DNA of 64,000 nucleotides from Oligoflexales bacterium. Lineage in GTDB: Bacteria > Bdellovibrionota_B > Oligoflexia > Oligoflexales > Bog-1112. Every line of letters begins with the position of its first letter. The first letter of the stretch is position 1. The translations under genes and the position numbers were made by a program. The stretch covers positions 1 through 64,000 of the forward strand of contig JBGCDR010000181.1 of the NCBI GenBank assembly GCA_045105515.1, written 5' to 3'. Under the pieces are notes generated by a model. That model was not told where the DNA came from, made no database searches, and was given only the letters and a program-made list of their open reading frames with translations. Below are positions 1 through 9,490 of this stretch, piece after piece.

Positions 1-35
1 TCATACCTTTGCTCATAAGTGAGATTGGCAGACAT
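1..35 (-). CDS. 5' end of a gene running off the window (MSANLTYEQRY...)
   Basis: ATG at 35 on the minus strand preceded by an AAAGGGG SD-like motif; the frame is open to the window edge. Confidence 0.45.
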   Translation of the reverse strand, partial: MSANLTYEQRY

Positions 36-189
36 AAATACCCCTTTCTTGCAAGCAGATTAGCCTCATAGACTAAACTAAATCCGCCTTCCGAAGCGAT
101 GGAATTTTTTCTTCTGCACTTAATCTAGCAATCCGCCTAGTTGATTATATACAAGGATAATAAATTTAATCTAAAATATTCTTAGAACA

Positions 190-226
190 AGATGCCCTAA
201 CCCTCACTTCGTTCAGGGGCACGGAC
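190..226. repeat. Degenerate half copy of a palindromic interspersed repeat
   Basis: AGATGCCCT...CACTTCGTTCAGGGGCACGGAC loosely resembles right arms of the GTCAT/ATGAC repeats elsewhere in the window. Confidence 0.3.
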
Positions 227-278
227 CAGCAGGGATTCACTCTGTTCGGGGGGCTATTAGAACACAACGGAATATAGA

Positions 279-983
279 TTATTGAGCCACGGCAGGTAAG
301 ATTGCGCTAAAATTGGTATCGATCATAAATTGAATACCACTGGTATAAGCAACTCCATCGAATTCACAGTGACCAAAAGCACCTTCAACGACTGAGCTTT
401 GAACCAGTGGATCTCCTTGCTCCGCGTCAAGAAGCACCTTATAAGCAGCAATGCTATCATCTATAGAACTTGCAATATCGGCTCGGTCAACTTCTAAGGT
501 ACTTTGCCAGTGAAGTCTAAATTCTTTAATAGTATCCGGAACAGCAAAGTCAAATTGAGGAGCTCTGCCTCCACACATCATAAAGGCTCCACCATCTTTA
601 TAAAACTGTCCATATAAAGGAACAAAGGCACCAGTCAAGAAATAGGAACCACCTGAGACGCTTGAAAAATAGATTTTTGATAAATCAATATCATATTTGG
701 CCAATAGGTCATCTTGAATAAGTTCATGTAGAAATTGCGAAAAATTTTGTCCATCACGGTTCCAACTCTGGCCGTTATTGGGGGATAATATGGTAACCCC
801 GACTAGATCAAAACGAGTTTCAACATTTGGGAAATCTTGGTAACCACCACCACCATCACCGTGAAGATGAATATGCAGTCCATAAACTTTCGAAGCCGCA
901 TCAGCGGGAGCCATAATCTTATAAGTACTACTTAGATTATTACTCGCTGTAAAAGCTACTTCATTCATTCCTGTGGGGGCCAT
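279..983 (-). CDS. Alpha/beta-hydrolase-fold protein (putative esterase/depolymerase), possibly the C-terminal part of a frameshifted lipoprotein
   Basis: HLHGDGG oxyanion-like motif, SVSGG nucleophile elbow, C-terminal GHC histidine; overlaps the upstream ORF by 23 nt. Confidence 0.6.
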   Translation of the reverse strand: MAPTGMNEVAFTASNNLSSTYKIMAPADAASKVYGLHIHLHGDGGGGYQDFPNVETRFDLVGVTILSPNNGQSWNRDGQNFSQFLHELIQDDLLAKYDIDLSKIYFSSVSGGSYFLTGAFVPLYGQFYKDGGAFMMCGGRAPQFDFAVPDTIKEFRLHWQSTLEVDRADIASSIDDSIAAYKVLLDAEQGDPLVQSSVVEGAFGHCEFDGVAYTSGIQFMIDTNFSAILPAVAQ

Positions 984-1392
984 TAATCCCCTTGGAACTA
1001 ACGACCACAGGTGCCTGCTCTACAATTTCTTCTTCATTTTCATCTTCATCAGCTACTTCTTCCATTTCATCTTCATCAACTTTCATCTCATCGTCAACAG
1101 AGGTATCTTCATCCCCACCTTCTTTTAGGGAAGACATATCATCAAGTTCGTTTTCATCTTGATTATCTGCGGACTCTACAACCCCTGAGCTAATAACGAG
1201 AGGCTCCATATTACTATTGGCCTCCGATTTCTTAGCATTTTGGCTATTGGATTGATTTGCATCAAAGGTTTTGACTTCTTGCCTGTCCCTTGCCTGATAT
1301 TCCCCAAATCCACAATTTGTAATAAAGAAAAGGATTGTAAGCACATTGAAAACATTGTAGTTATTATTTTTTTCCACCCAATTACCCCTCAC
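961..1392 (-). CDS. Putative lipoprotein N-terminus with acidic low-complexity linker
   Basis: Hydrophobic stretch ending FITNC followed by a D/E-rich disordered region. Confidence 0.5.
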   Translation of the reverse strand: MRGNWVEKNNNYNVFNVLTILFFITNCGFGEYQARDRQEVKTFDANQSNSQNAKKSEANSNMEPLVISSGVVESADNQDENELDDMSSLKEGGDEDTSVDDEMKVDEDEMEEVADEDENEEEIVEQAPVVVSSKGINGPHRNE

Positions 1393-1426
1393 ATAATTCT
1401 AAAGCAAAACTTTAGTCTATTTTTAT

Positions 1427-1453
1427 ATATCGGATTTATATGGCATTTCTTTA
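1427..1453 (-). promoter_or_regulatory. Putative sigma28 (FliA) promoter
   Basis: TAAAG-N14-TCCGATAT on the minus strand just upstream of ORF 961..1392. Confidence 0.5.
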
Positions 1454-1540
1454 TTGAGAGGACGATTCTCCAAATATTCTCGGTAATTATTTGTTGATAA
1501 TTTACAAGGGAAACTTGGTACTGGCTTGCAAATAGACCAG

Positions 1541-3334
1541 TTATTCGCTCTGCTGCTCATTAGCCTTAAGCTTATCTTCAACCGCTTTGAAACTTGTATT
1601 TGCGATCTTAATATAGCCTTCTTTATTGGGATGAAAGCAATCAATACCAATAATATCAGGAGTCACTTCAAACTGTGATAATTCACGGGCAATAAAAATT
1701 CTCTTCTGTTCTTTTGGATCTTGAACTTTAGCAACTGCTCTATTGACTCCTTCGATAATTTCATCAATGATATGAGCCTGCGATTCAAGATTTTCCCGAT
1801 TCAGTGCTGCACGCGGACAAAAGACCCAACGGATATCCCCACAGATAAAATCTGCCTTTGATTCTGTTTCCTCATCTAGAATAGAAAATGCTGGGGACGA
1901 ATCATTTAACGATGAAAAAACTTTAGTGATACTTGGTGGGGGGACTAATAAAATTACTGGCTTGCTCTCGAGATTATACAAACTTGTCAAGACTTGTTTA
2001 TAGCAGTCTACAAATACATTTTTATCAAAATTATTCGAGCAAAAATCATTACCACCAATATTGACTACAACGTAATCTGCATGGCTTTTACTCTTTAAAA
2101 ATAAGGGTAACTGAATCTGGAGGACATCTTGAATTTTACTACCACTCATTGCATAGTTTTTTAAGTATTCAACTTTTAGCCTTGCTGCGTGCGAATAACA
2201 GTTTTCATCCATTATTTCACTACACCTTTTTATGGTTTCTCCAGTCGCTGAATATGCGCCATCAAATGATTGGATAATATTTAGATCGGATTTTTTCTGA
2301 TCTCTTTTTGAACTAGTGTCTCCCTGCTGTTTTAAGGCCTCTTCTATTCCTGGATGATATGCAAGCTCTTCTGTAGTTAGTTCCTGGCCCTTTTGATAGG
2401 CTACACCTACCCCAACAGCCATACTGTCTCCGAATACAACCATAGATTGAACAAGTCGCCTATCATCTTGATCCACCTGAATATCAAGGCTTTTAGGTGC
2501 CGCTTTCATTGATTCTTTCGGTGGAGGAACCTCTATTTTAAACTCCTTATCTTGGACCTCTCTCAAAATACCTTTTACCACTACCTTTAGCTTTTCTTTA
2601 TTGCCATCTTTCAAAACATTATCAATTTTCTCATTGATCTTTTCAAATCTCTCTAAAACTTTTTTTACCTGAGAATTTTCTGAAAGTATTTCGATCGAGT
2701 TTGAATCATTGATCAGTTTTTGAATTAAATCGTAAAGACGCTCAATATCATCAATATTAATTTTCATTGACTCTTCAGGTGAAACATCAAAATCTCCATC
2801 GAGATCAAAGCTCTTTAAGCTAAATAGTATCTCAGCAGTTGTGAGTGTAGCTATGTAAATTTCATCTGATTCACCACGATCAGTGATGATTTCTTTTATT
2901 TTTCTAGCAAAATTTATAGTGACAATATCTTCTTTTTTACCGCTAAATAAGGGAAGAAGTTCTTGTATAAGTAAATTTGAGTTAGGGTTTTCGGTCTTAA
3001 ATTTTTCAATTTTTAGAGCTAGATTTACAATATCTACGCCCGCAATATTAGCATAAGTGCTAGAAAATAGATTTAATCTCTGAGGATCAAAATTCACCCC
3101 ATGAGCTAGTTGCTCTAGAGTTTCATCTGAAAAATCTTTCCTCAATAATTTTTCACGTAATCCTTCATCTAAATCTGCAATCAAAAGTAGTAATGCGTCT
3201 TCCGGCTTTTGTTCCTCAAGATACTTTGATACCCTTGCAAGAGAGTTTTTCTTTTGAGTTTTCTCTTCATAGAGATTTTGTTTACATCCTATCAATCCAA
3301 ATACTACTAAAAAACTCAGAACATACCCAATCAT
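1541..3334 (-). CDS. Lipoprotein with N-terminal helical domain and C-terminal SGNH/GDSL hydrolase
   Basis: Lipobox LIGC; SGNH blocks VFGDSM, NYAMSGS, NIGGND, DCFHPN. Confidence 0.8.
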   Translation of the reverse strand: MIGYVLSFLVVFGLIGCKQNLYEEKTQKKNSLARVSKYLEEQKPEDALLLLIADLDEGLREKLLRKDFSDETLEQLAHGVNFDPQRLNLFSSTYANIAGVDIVNLALKIEKFKTENPNSNLLIQELLPLFSGKKEDIVTINFARKIKEIITDRGESDEIYIATLTTAEILFSLKSFDLDGDFDVSPEESMKINIDDIERLYDLIQKLINDSNSIEILSENSQVKKVLERFEKINEKIDNVLKDGNKEKLKVVVKGILREVQDKEFKIEVPPPKESMKAAPKSLDIQVDQDDRRLVQSMVVFGDSMAVGVGVAYQKGQELTTEELAYHPGIEEALKQQGDTSSKRDQKKSDLNIIQSFDGAYSATGETIKRCSEIMDENCYSHAARLKVEYLKNYAMSGSKIQDVLQIQLPLFLKSKSHADYVVVNIGGNDFCSNNFDKNVFVDCYKQVLTSLYNLESKPVILLVPPPSITKVFSSLNDSSPAFSILDEETESKADFICGDIRWVFCPRAALNRENLESQAHIIDEIIEGVNRAVAKVQDPKEQKRIFIARELSQFEVTPDIIGIDCFHPNKEGYIKIANTSFKAVEDKLKANEQQSE

Positions 3335-4731
3335 AAATACACCCCCAATTGAAACGCATAGTGGGTCTCAGGCCTTAGTCCCAGCTCGTTACTTAAATCT
3401 CGGGTGTATCGCGCTATTGAGTATTTAAACTTGCTATGGCTATCTGAAGATATGCCTGATGAAATATAACCATTTAGGACTCCAAGGTTAAAGCAAACGG
3501 TCCAGTCTAAGCATGCTGATGAACCTAAGCGAACTCTACTCCCCAGGCTAAGGTCACTATCATTGCTAATATCCTCTGCTTCAACGCCAAGTTCCATCCG
3601 AAAGCGGTTGAATTTGAATTGGTAACTAGCTCCTAGTTTTTCCAATTGAGGTATAGTTTCAATTTTTTTCCCGCTAGTTATTTCTTTTTTAAGGTGCAAA
3701 TCCGAGACATTTTCAATAGCTCCGGCTAAGCAGATCGAATTTCTAATATAGGTAATGCCGAGATCCATCCCAACCCCGGTACCATCCTGGGTATTTCTTA
3801 AGGATTGGACGTCTTTTATTTTTTCCAAATCTGTAATATCTGCCACATATTGAGAGGTATGCCGATTAATTAGTTTAATGTTTGCTCCAATATTAAAATT
3901 TTCATTTACTGCAGCCCCTGAGGTAAATATAAGACCATTTGTTTTTGAGTAGTCAGCATTTATTGATAATAGCCCTGCGCTATCGTTTTCAATATTTTCT
4001 ATTTCATCGAATGAAGCTATCGCCGAAAGATTCTGGTTTTGAATAAGCCCAATTGCATAGCTTTCACTATAAAAGAGTAATGAGTGGCCAGCGTAAAAGG
4101 CTGCTGGATCACCCCTATTTTCGATAGCATGTTGTGTTCTTGCATCTTCATTATCTTGCTCAAGTAACTCAAGGCCGAATATCGAACTGTCTACGTTAAC
4201 TATATAGAAAATATTCTTTTGATATTTTTCAAGGAATTTTACTGTCTTTACAACTTTTTCATAGCAACTTCGGCTTACATGAATACTATTTGCATCAGCT
4301 GTAAGACATGATCGAATATAATTATATTTTTTTCTTTTAGATATTTTTTCAATCGCATTAATCAATATTTCTTTATTATATTCAAGACAGATCTTAATCA
4401 TACTTTCTTCAGCTATTTTGCTATATGAGGAAAGTCCGGTTTTTTCTACACAATCTATTACACCGCGTCCAACTAGATAAATATTTCGCGACTGTTCAGT
4501 TAATCCTTCAATGTATCTTCTTGAGGTGAGCTCAATATTCGCGGGATTAAAGAAAATAGAATCAGGGGTATCATATTGAGTGATTGTTAATAGGCCACGA
4601 GAATAGTATTTACTATTTTTATATAAGCTTCTATCAAACATGATTCTAGCGTGCAAAGCATCAGCCAAAAAAAAAGTCAATATGAGCGTATATAAATTAA
4701 ATATAGTGATTCTAGTCTCCATTCTTAGCAA
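3331..4731 (-). CDS. Outer-membrane beta-barrel protein, TraF-like/FadL superfamily, with Cys-containing insertion
   Basis: Signal peptide ending ALHA, IFFNPA motif, GVGMDLG strand, amphipathic C-terminal FQLGVYL; 4-nt overlap with the downstream lipoprotein gene. Confidence 0.65.
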   Translation of the reverse strand: MLRMETRITIFNLYTLILTFFLADALHARIMFDRSLYKNSKYYSRGLLTITQYDTPDSIFFNPANIELTSRRYIEGLTEQSRNIYLVGRGVIDCVEKTGLSSYSKIAEESMIKICLEYNKEILINAIEKISKRKKYNYIRSCLTADANSIHVSRSCYEKVVKTVKFLEKYQKNIFYIVNVDSSIFGLELLEQDNEDARTQHAIENRGDPAAFYAGHSLLFYSESYAIGLIQNQNLSAIASFDEIENIENDSAGLLSINADYSKTNGLIFTSGAAVNENFNIGANIKLINRHTSQYVADITDLEKIKDVQSLRNTQDGTGVGMDLGITYIRNSICLAGAIENVSDLHLKKEITSGKKIETIPQLEKLGASYQFKFNRFRMELGVEAEDISNDSDLSLGSRVRLGSSACLDWTVCFNLGVLNGYISSGISSDSHSKFKYSIARYTRDLSNELGLRPETHYAFQLGVYL

Positions 4732-4780
4732 GCTATCCCTAGGGTATAGTCTGGCTAATTGTTTTATTTACCTTAGATAC

Positions 4781-4808
4781 TGATCGGCATCAGCTGATTA
4801 GGCCTTTA
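4781..4808 (-). promoter_or_regulatory. Putative sigma28 promoter
   Basis: TAAAG-N15-GCCGATCA about 50 nt upstream of the barrel gene. Confidence 0.45.
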
Positions 4809-5033
4809 AACTATGACTCAAATTATAGTTAGCTAATTTTTAAGTATTTCTAATTTTATTTTTTATATTAGGTTGTTAATAGATTTTTTGCTTGATTCAT
4901 GCTCTCAATAAAGTCATATAAAAAGCTTCAATTACAGATTATGGCTTATAATATCGATTTGTGTAGATTCCTCTATTACAGTCGAAAAGACTTAGACAGG
5001 AGCAAATCGATGTAAAGAGTTCTGAGATTCCAG

Positions 5034-5152
5034 GCGATTTCCCCGTTACTGTCGAAATGTTGTTGATATTCATAGTTTCATCTCGATCAGAGCAAAGCGA
5101 AGTGGAGAGATCTGGTTTTCCAAAGGAAATTCTCCATTACTATCGAAATGAC
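5034..5152. repeat. Palindromic interspersed repeat (one full copy plus a preceding half copy)
   Basis: TCATCTCGAT...GGAGAGATCT...GAAATTCTCC...ATCGAAATGAC with inverted ends; related copies at 40755-40908 and 56473-56499. Confidence 0.65.
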
Positions 5153-5201
5153 TTCGATAGGCAAAGCGACTTCTTTTTTAAAAAATTTGAGGATAACAAA
5201 G

Positions 5202-6242
5202 ATGATATATATTTTAGTAGTAATGATCTGTACCCTCATAAATGCATGCCTCTCCGCATTTGAGATGGGTTTAGTATCCATCAAACAAGCATCTTTAAAA
5301 CTACTCATAGACAAAGGGTCAAAACAAGCAACTAAACTAATGGATATGCGCGACAATCTAGAAAGTACTCTTTCGACTATCCAAGTAGGTATTACGATTG
5401 TTGCAATTATTAGTGGTACTATCGCTGGCAAACTCACTGACTTGTATGGGAGTCCATATCTAATATCTATTGGAGTTAGTGACACGTTAGCAGAACCCCT
5501 ATCGATGTCTATATTTGTAGTCTTAACAACTTTTATCACAGTGGTTTTTGGCGAACTCGTACCAAAAAGCATTGCTACAAAGTACCCTATGAATGTCTCC
5601 TTCTTTTTTGCAAAGGCAATTAGAACTGCCAATACAGCATTTTTACCTTTAGTTAAAATCTTTGAAGTCACCACTCTTTGCGTTTTGAAAACCTTCGATA
5701 TGATAGGTATGAAATCTAACAGGAAAGACCTTGAAGATGCAGATGATGCTTTCGCAATTCATAATCTTTCAAAAAAACACCGCGAATACGTCTACAATTT
5801 GGTGAACCTTCAAAAAACCTCTCTTGATGATGTGCTAGTAGATTGGACTCATGTAACAAAAATAAATACCCATATGCCTGATGTCGAAGTAGAGAATATC
5901 TTATTAAGTAGCGGTCACACACGGGTTCCAGTTATGGACAAACAAGAAATAAAAGGTCTTCTCAATGCAAAAGAGTTTTTTGCTTCTAGCAGAGGTCAAT
6001 GGCAAGATTTAGTGCACCCTGTACTACTTGTTAACGAAAACGCCTTCCCTCTCAACACATTAAGGCGGTTACAGGCTAAGAAAAGCCACATGGGTATCGT
6101 AGTTTCTATAGACGATAAGTCTCCACTGGGTATTATCACCATTGAAGATATCTTTGAGGAAATTGTTGGAGAAATTTTCGATGAAGATGATAAGTCGAAA
6201 AATAAGACGCAACAATTGAAAAAAAGAGTGCAAAATTCTTAG
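5202..6242 (+). CDS. Hemolysin-family CNNM (DUF21) plus CBS-domain membrane protein (CorC/TlyC-like)
   Basis: SAFEMGLVS, TIQVGIT, VVFGELVPKSIA, GHTRVPV, GIITIEDIFEEIVGEI; start at ATG 5202 after GAGG (ORF open from 5148). Confidence 0.9.
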   Translation: MIYILVVMICTLINACLSAFEMGLVSIKQASLKLLIDKGSKQATKLMDMRDNLESTLSTIQVGITIVAIISGTIAGKLTDLYGSPYLISIGVSDTLAEPLSMSIFVVLTTFITVVFGELVPKSIATKYPMNVSFFFAKAIRTANTAFLPLVKIFEVTTLCVLKTFDMIGMKSNRKDLEDADDAFAIHNLSKKHREYVYNLVNLQKTSLDDVLVDWTHVTKINTHMPDVEVENILLSSGHTRVPVMDKQEIKGLLNAKEFFASSRGQWQDLVHPVLLVNENAFPLNTLRRLQAKKSHMGIVVSIDDKSPLGIITIEDIFEEIVGEIFDEDDKSKNKTQQLKKRVQNS

Positions 6243-6259
6243 ATAAGATAACAAGCTAC

Positions 6260-6958
6260 TTATTTTTTCGAAAAGTCTTTCCCTATCCATACGAGTTTAG
6301 AACTCTTAGAATCTTTTTTATGTGCAACAGGAAAAAAGTATAAGAGCTGACCATTTAACCCTTTGAAATTTTTGTAAGCTACTAAGATTTGCTCGTTGAG
6401 AGGGACTGCTTTAAAAATTGCATTTGATTTAGAAGTTACATTTTCGCTACCTTTCATAAGGACTTTTACCATAATATGGTCTTTTGAGACAACCTTGGCG
6501 ACCGATCCTTTAATTTCCCCACTCTTTGGATCGCGATTAGCAGTACGCGCTCTAACCCCTCCATCAGAGACAGAACTCGCTATATTGATGGCTTTGTTGG
6601 GCCTGATTCGGGCTTTGGAGACTGTTTTTAAAAAATCCGAGTCTTTACCCTTAGTAAAGCTAATTACAACCTTCTTCACATCGCCTGATACCTTAGCTCC
6701 AAATTTCTTGCCAAGGCGTTTCATCAAGGAGCTTTGAATCATCTCGAAAGTCAAACCAACTTCTTTACCACCACTCTTTACAGTTTTACTTGGATCAATC
6801 GTAAAGCTGTAGGTTTTATCTGAATCTTTATTGTAGCTTTTTGCAATATCCGGTTTTAATTTTTTCGTGATTAGAGTTTTTCCCACTCCGGATAAACCTG
6901 TAATCGGGAACATAATCATAAAAAATACGATGGTGACTCTTGATAACATTTCAAACAC
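6260..6958 (-). CDS. Hypothetical secreted basic protein
   Basis: N-terminal hydrophobic segment, Lys-rich, SD AGGAGG. Confidence 0.7.
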   Translation of the reverse strand: MFEMLSRVTIVFFMIMFPITGLSGVGKTLITKKLKPDIAKSYNKDSDKTYSFTIDPSKTVKSGGKEVGLTFEMIQSSLMKRLGKKFGAKVSGDVKKVVISFTKGKDSDFLKTVSKARIRPNKAINIASSVSDGGVRARTANRDPKSGEIKGSVAKVVSKDHIMVKVLMKGSENVTSKSNAIFKAVPLNEQILVAYKNFKGLNGQLLYFFPVAHKKDSKSSKLVWIGKDFSKK

Positions 6959-6971
6959 CTCCTATGAAAAA

Positions 6972-7439
6972 CTATTCTGGGTAAGCTGAATAAGACACAG
7001 CAACGATCTTAGGATCAACGATAATTTTTTTATTAACCATCTTCTTCATTTTCTTCGGTACTTTGAGAAAAAAAGTTTTCTGGCCATCTTCATGTTCAAG
7101 GTAATATGAACTATTAAGCAACTTGAGAACACCAACTGCTGGCTCTCTACCTGAAGATAGTTTCAAAATCTTAAATTCTTTTGAAGCAAAACAGGAGTTT
7201 TTTGCTCCTGCAGAACCCTTCCATTCTCCAGCAACTTCGATTGTCATAGCACTTAAAGTTTGTATCTTGTTGCTTAGATCTGAGTCGCATAAACGGACAG
7301 ATTTATTTGTTTCTTTTGACTCCAAATTTACATACCGACCAGCAGTTGCCTTTGTTATTCGCACAAGTCCACTGACGGTACTTACTGCGTATGAAGGAAG
7401 TGACAATCCACAAAGTAAAAAAAATAAAATCCTATACAT
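6972..7439 (-). CDS. Hypothetical secreted protein
   Basis: Signal peptide ending SYA; SD AAGG; operon spacing. Confidence 0.7.
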   Translation of the reverse strand: MYRILFFLLCGLSLPSYAVSTVSGLVRITKATAGRYVNLESKETNKSVRLCDSDLSNKIQTLSAMTIEVAGEWKGSAGAKNSCFASKEFKILKLSSGREPAVGVLKLLNSSYYLEHEDGQKTFFLKVPKKMKKMVNKKIIVDPKIVAVSYSAYPE

Positions 7440-7476
7440 ACCTTACCTACCTCTCAATTGATTTTGCATTTTTCCT

Positions 7477-9234
7477 TTATTTGAACCTTACAACCGATAC
7501 TCCAGCATTTTCTGCCAATGTTTCTATTTCAATAGAATCATCAGTACTTTGCACTTTGTAAACAAATGGTTTCGTTTGGTAGAGGCTTATTTCAAAGGTT
7601 TCAGAATCGAGACTAGTGGCATTATCAGTGGCGTTTTCAAGCTCACCTCCATTGAATTTATAACCATATTCCTTGCCGGAATCCCCTTGGACATTGTTTA
7701 TATTGGCAATCACATCAGCAGTTTGGTAGCGACTTGCTACATCAAGGCTTGTCCCATCAAGCATCAATGCCCCAATATAATTTCCAACTATTTCTAGCCA
7801 AGAAAAGTCAGTATCAGCATACACAGTTCTGATATTTTTGATTCCTTTGTTCGGTGACTTAATCACATCAGCATAAAACTTTAACCCAGCACTTGCGCTA
7901 AGTGCACCATCTGTATAGCTAATCCCACCTTTCTGACTCATCAAGTAGTGAAGCAAAGACTGGCCTGCAGCCCGTCCATACGAATCTAGGCTTGAGTCTG
8001 AAGAGGTAAGTGCTGCAGACACAAAGAACGGATAGTTACCTGAGTAGCGGTTTTGGAGATAAATACTCGCGTAATTTTCGTAATTACCATCGTTCTTATA
8101 CCCAAATAAGTCCTCTGCAACATGTGCAGCACCCTCATCAATATATAGGTCATCGAGTCCATTCTTATAGTAATAAGAGATCGCATGAGACACTTCATGA
8201 GCTAAGGTTCCCCAATATTGTCTAACATTGGCATCGGTTTCTCCTAATCCCACTCCAGCTAGAGTCTCCGTCATTAATAAAACTGGCCGGCCTGCGCTAA
8301 CAGTCAAATCTTGATTAAAGGCACCAATGATTGAAGTAAGTGCGGAAGAGTGACCTAAACCTACAAGGTCCTCAAAATTAGCAAAGATAAAATAAGGCTT
8401 AAAAGTGATGCCATTTTTAACTGGGAAGGTATCTTCGTAAATCACGTTCTTATAAATGTCGAGAATATTTTTAATGGTCGACTCTAAGACAGTCTTATCA
8501 CTTAGCTTGTCAGAAAGACTATCTGTTACCAAGATCACACAAAAATCATCGTTTTCAATGACTGCTTCAATGCTATCTTGTTCACTAACTTCATCATCAT
8601 CTGTATCAACTCCAACGAAGAGTTCCACATCATCATCAGTGGTTGGACAGCCCTCCATAAGATTGAGGCTTTGGCCCTTCTTAGGTGTAAGACTGGGCTT
8701 AAAACTTGCAATAGAACTCTTAAGAAAAGCAGTCATAGAAGGGGTTGGGTTCAAACTCAGTTGACTTTGATCTTCTTGCTGAAGCTCATCATAGGTATGC
8801 GCTAGGGCCCAGAGTCCGTCATCTTGGGATTCTATTGGCTTCCTACGATTGAATCGATTCATAATCATTCGGTATATTTGACCCATTGATGCAACATCGG
8901 AAGGCTGTAGTAACCTTGCAGAAGATTTTTCTTTGGGTGAGAAACCTCTCAGATTTGCTGAACTCGGCAAAGTTACCGAATATTCACTTTGGCTCGTATC
9001 GCCCCCTTGCACAGTATCAATACTACCCAAGTGATAAGGCATTATTAAATACTCTTGATCCACCTCCGCATTTGCAAAGCTCACTGTTGCTTTACCATCA
9101 CTAAAAGGTTCGACCCATCCGGCTAATGCTGTACTATCACTAGCAGCATCTTCTTCAGAATCCGTGCATGCGGACATACACAGTAAGGACATAAAAATCA
9201 AACCAGTAAGCCTATAAATGAGGAAAATGCGCAT
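7477..9234 (-). CDS. Lipoprotein zinc metallopeptidase (gluzincin, M30-like)
   Basis: Lipobox MSAC; LAHEVSHAI followed by YIDEGAAHVAED. Confidence 0.7.
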   Translation of the reverse strand: MRIFLIYRLTGLIFMSLLCMSACTDSEEDAASDSTALAGWVEPFSDGKATVSFANAEVDQEYLIMPYHLGSIDTVQGGDTSQSEYSVTLPSSANLRGFSPKEKSSARLLQPSDVASMGQIYRMIMNRFNRRKPIESQDDGLWALAHTYDELQQEDQSQLSLNPTPSMTAFLKSSIASFKPSLTPKKGQSLNLMEGCPTTDDDVELFVGVDTDDDEVSEQDSIEAVIENDDFCVILVTDSLSDKLSDKTVLESTIKNILDIYKNVIYEDTFPVKNGITFKPYFIFANFEDLVGLGHSSALTSIIGAFNQDLTVSAGRPVLLMTETLAGVGLGETDANVRQYWGTLAHEVSHAISYYYKNGLDDLYIDEGAAHVAEDLFGYKNDGNYENYASIYLQNRYSGNYPFFVSAALTSSDSSLDSYGRAAGQSLLHYLMSQKGGISYTDGALSASAGLKFYADVIKSPNKGIKNIRTVYADTDFSWLEIVGNYIGALMLDGTSLDVASRYQTADVIANINNVQGDSGKEYGYKFNGGELENATDNATSLDSETFEISLYQTKPFVYKVQSTDDSIEIETLAENAGVSVVRFK

Positions 9235-9490
9235 ACCCTGACCTCGTTATAATTATTCAATAGTAACTATCATAGCCGAGTCTTTTACTGGAGTCATTAT
9301 CGATAGTTATAGACTGCTAAATGGGTCTTTTCACCTAGGTAAAAACCCGAGTTTATTTGTAAAGTGACTTGTAGATTTTGCCTACAGAGTGGATATCCAG
9401 GAGTAATCGTAAAGATTGAGCACAAGCTATTGTATAATGAAAGAGATCAACATGATTCACGGCAATGGACCTGTAGACTGAGGACAGTAA

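Noticed and set aside
5087..5674. Antisense and overlapping ORFs in the track (e.g. 5087..5674, 17070..17894, 40407..40934, 46779..47171)
   Set aside because: They are shadows of well-supported genes on the other strand or frame, with no recognisable motifs
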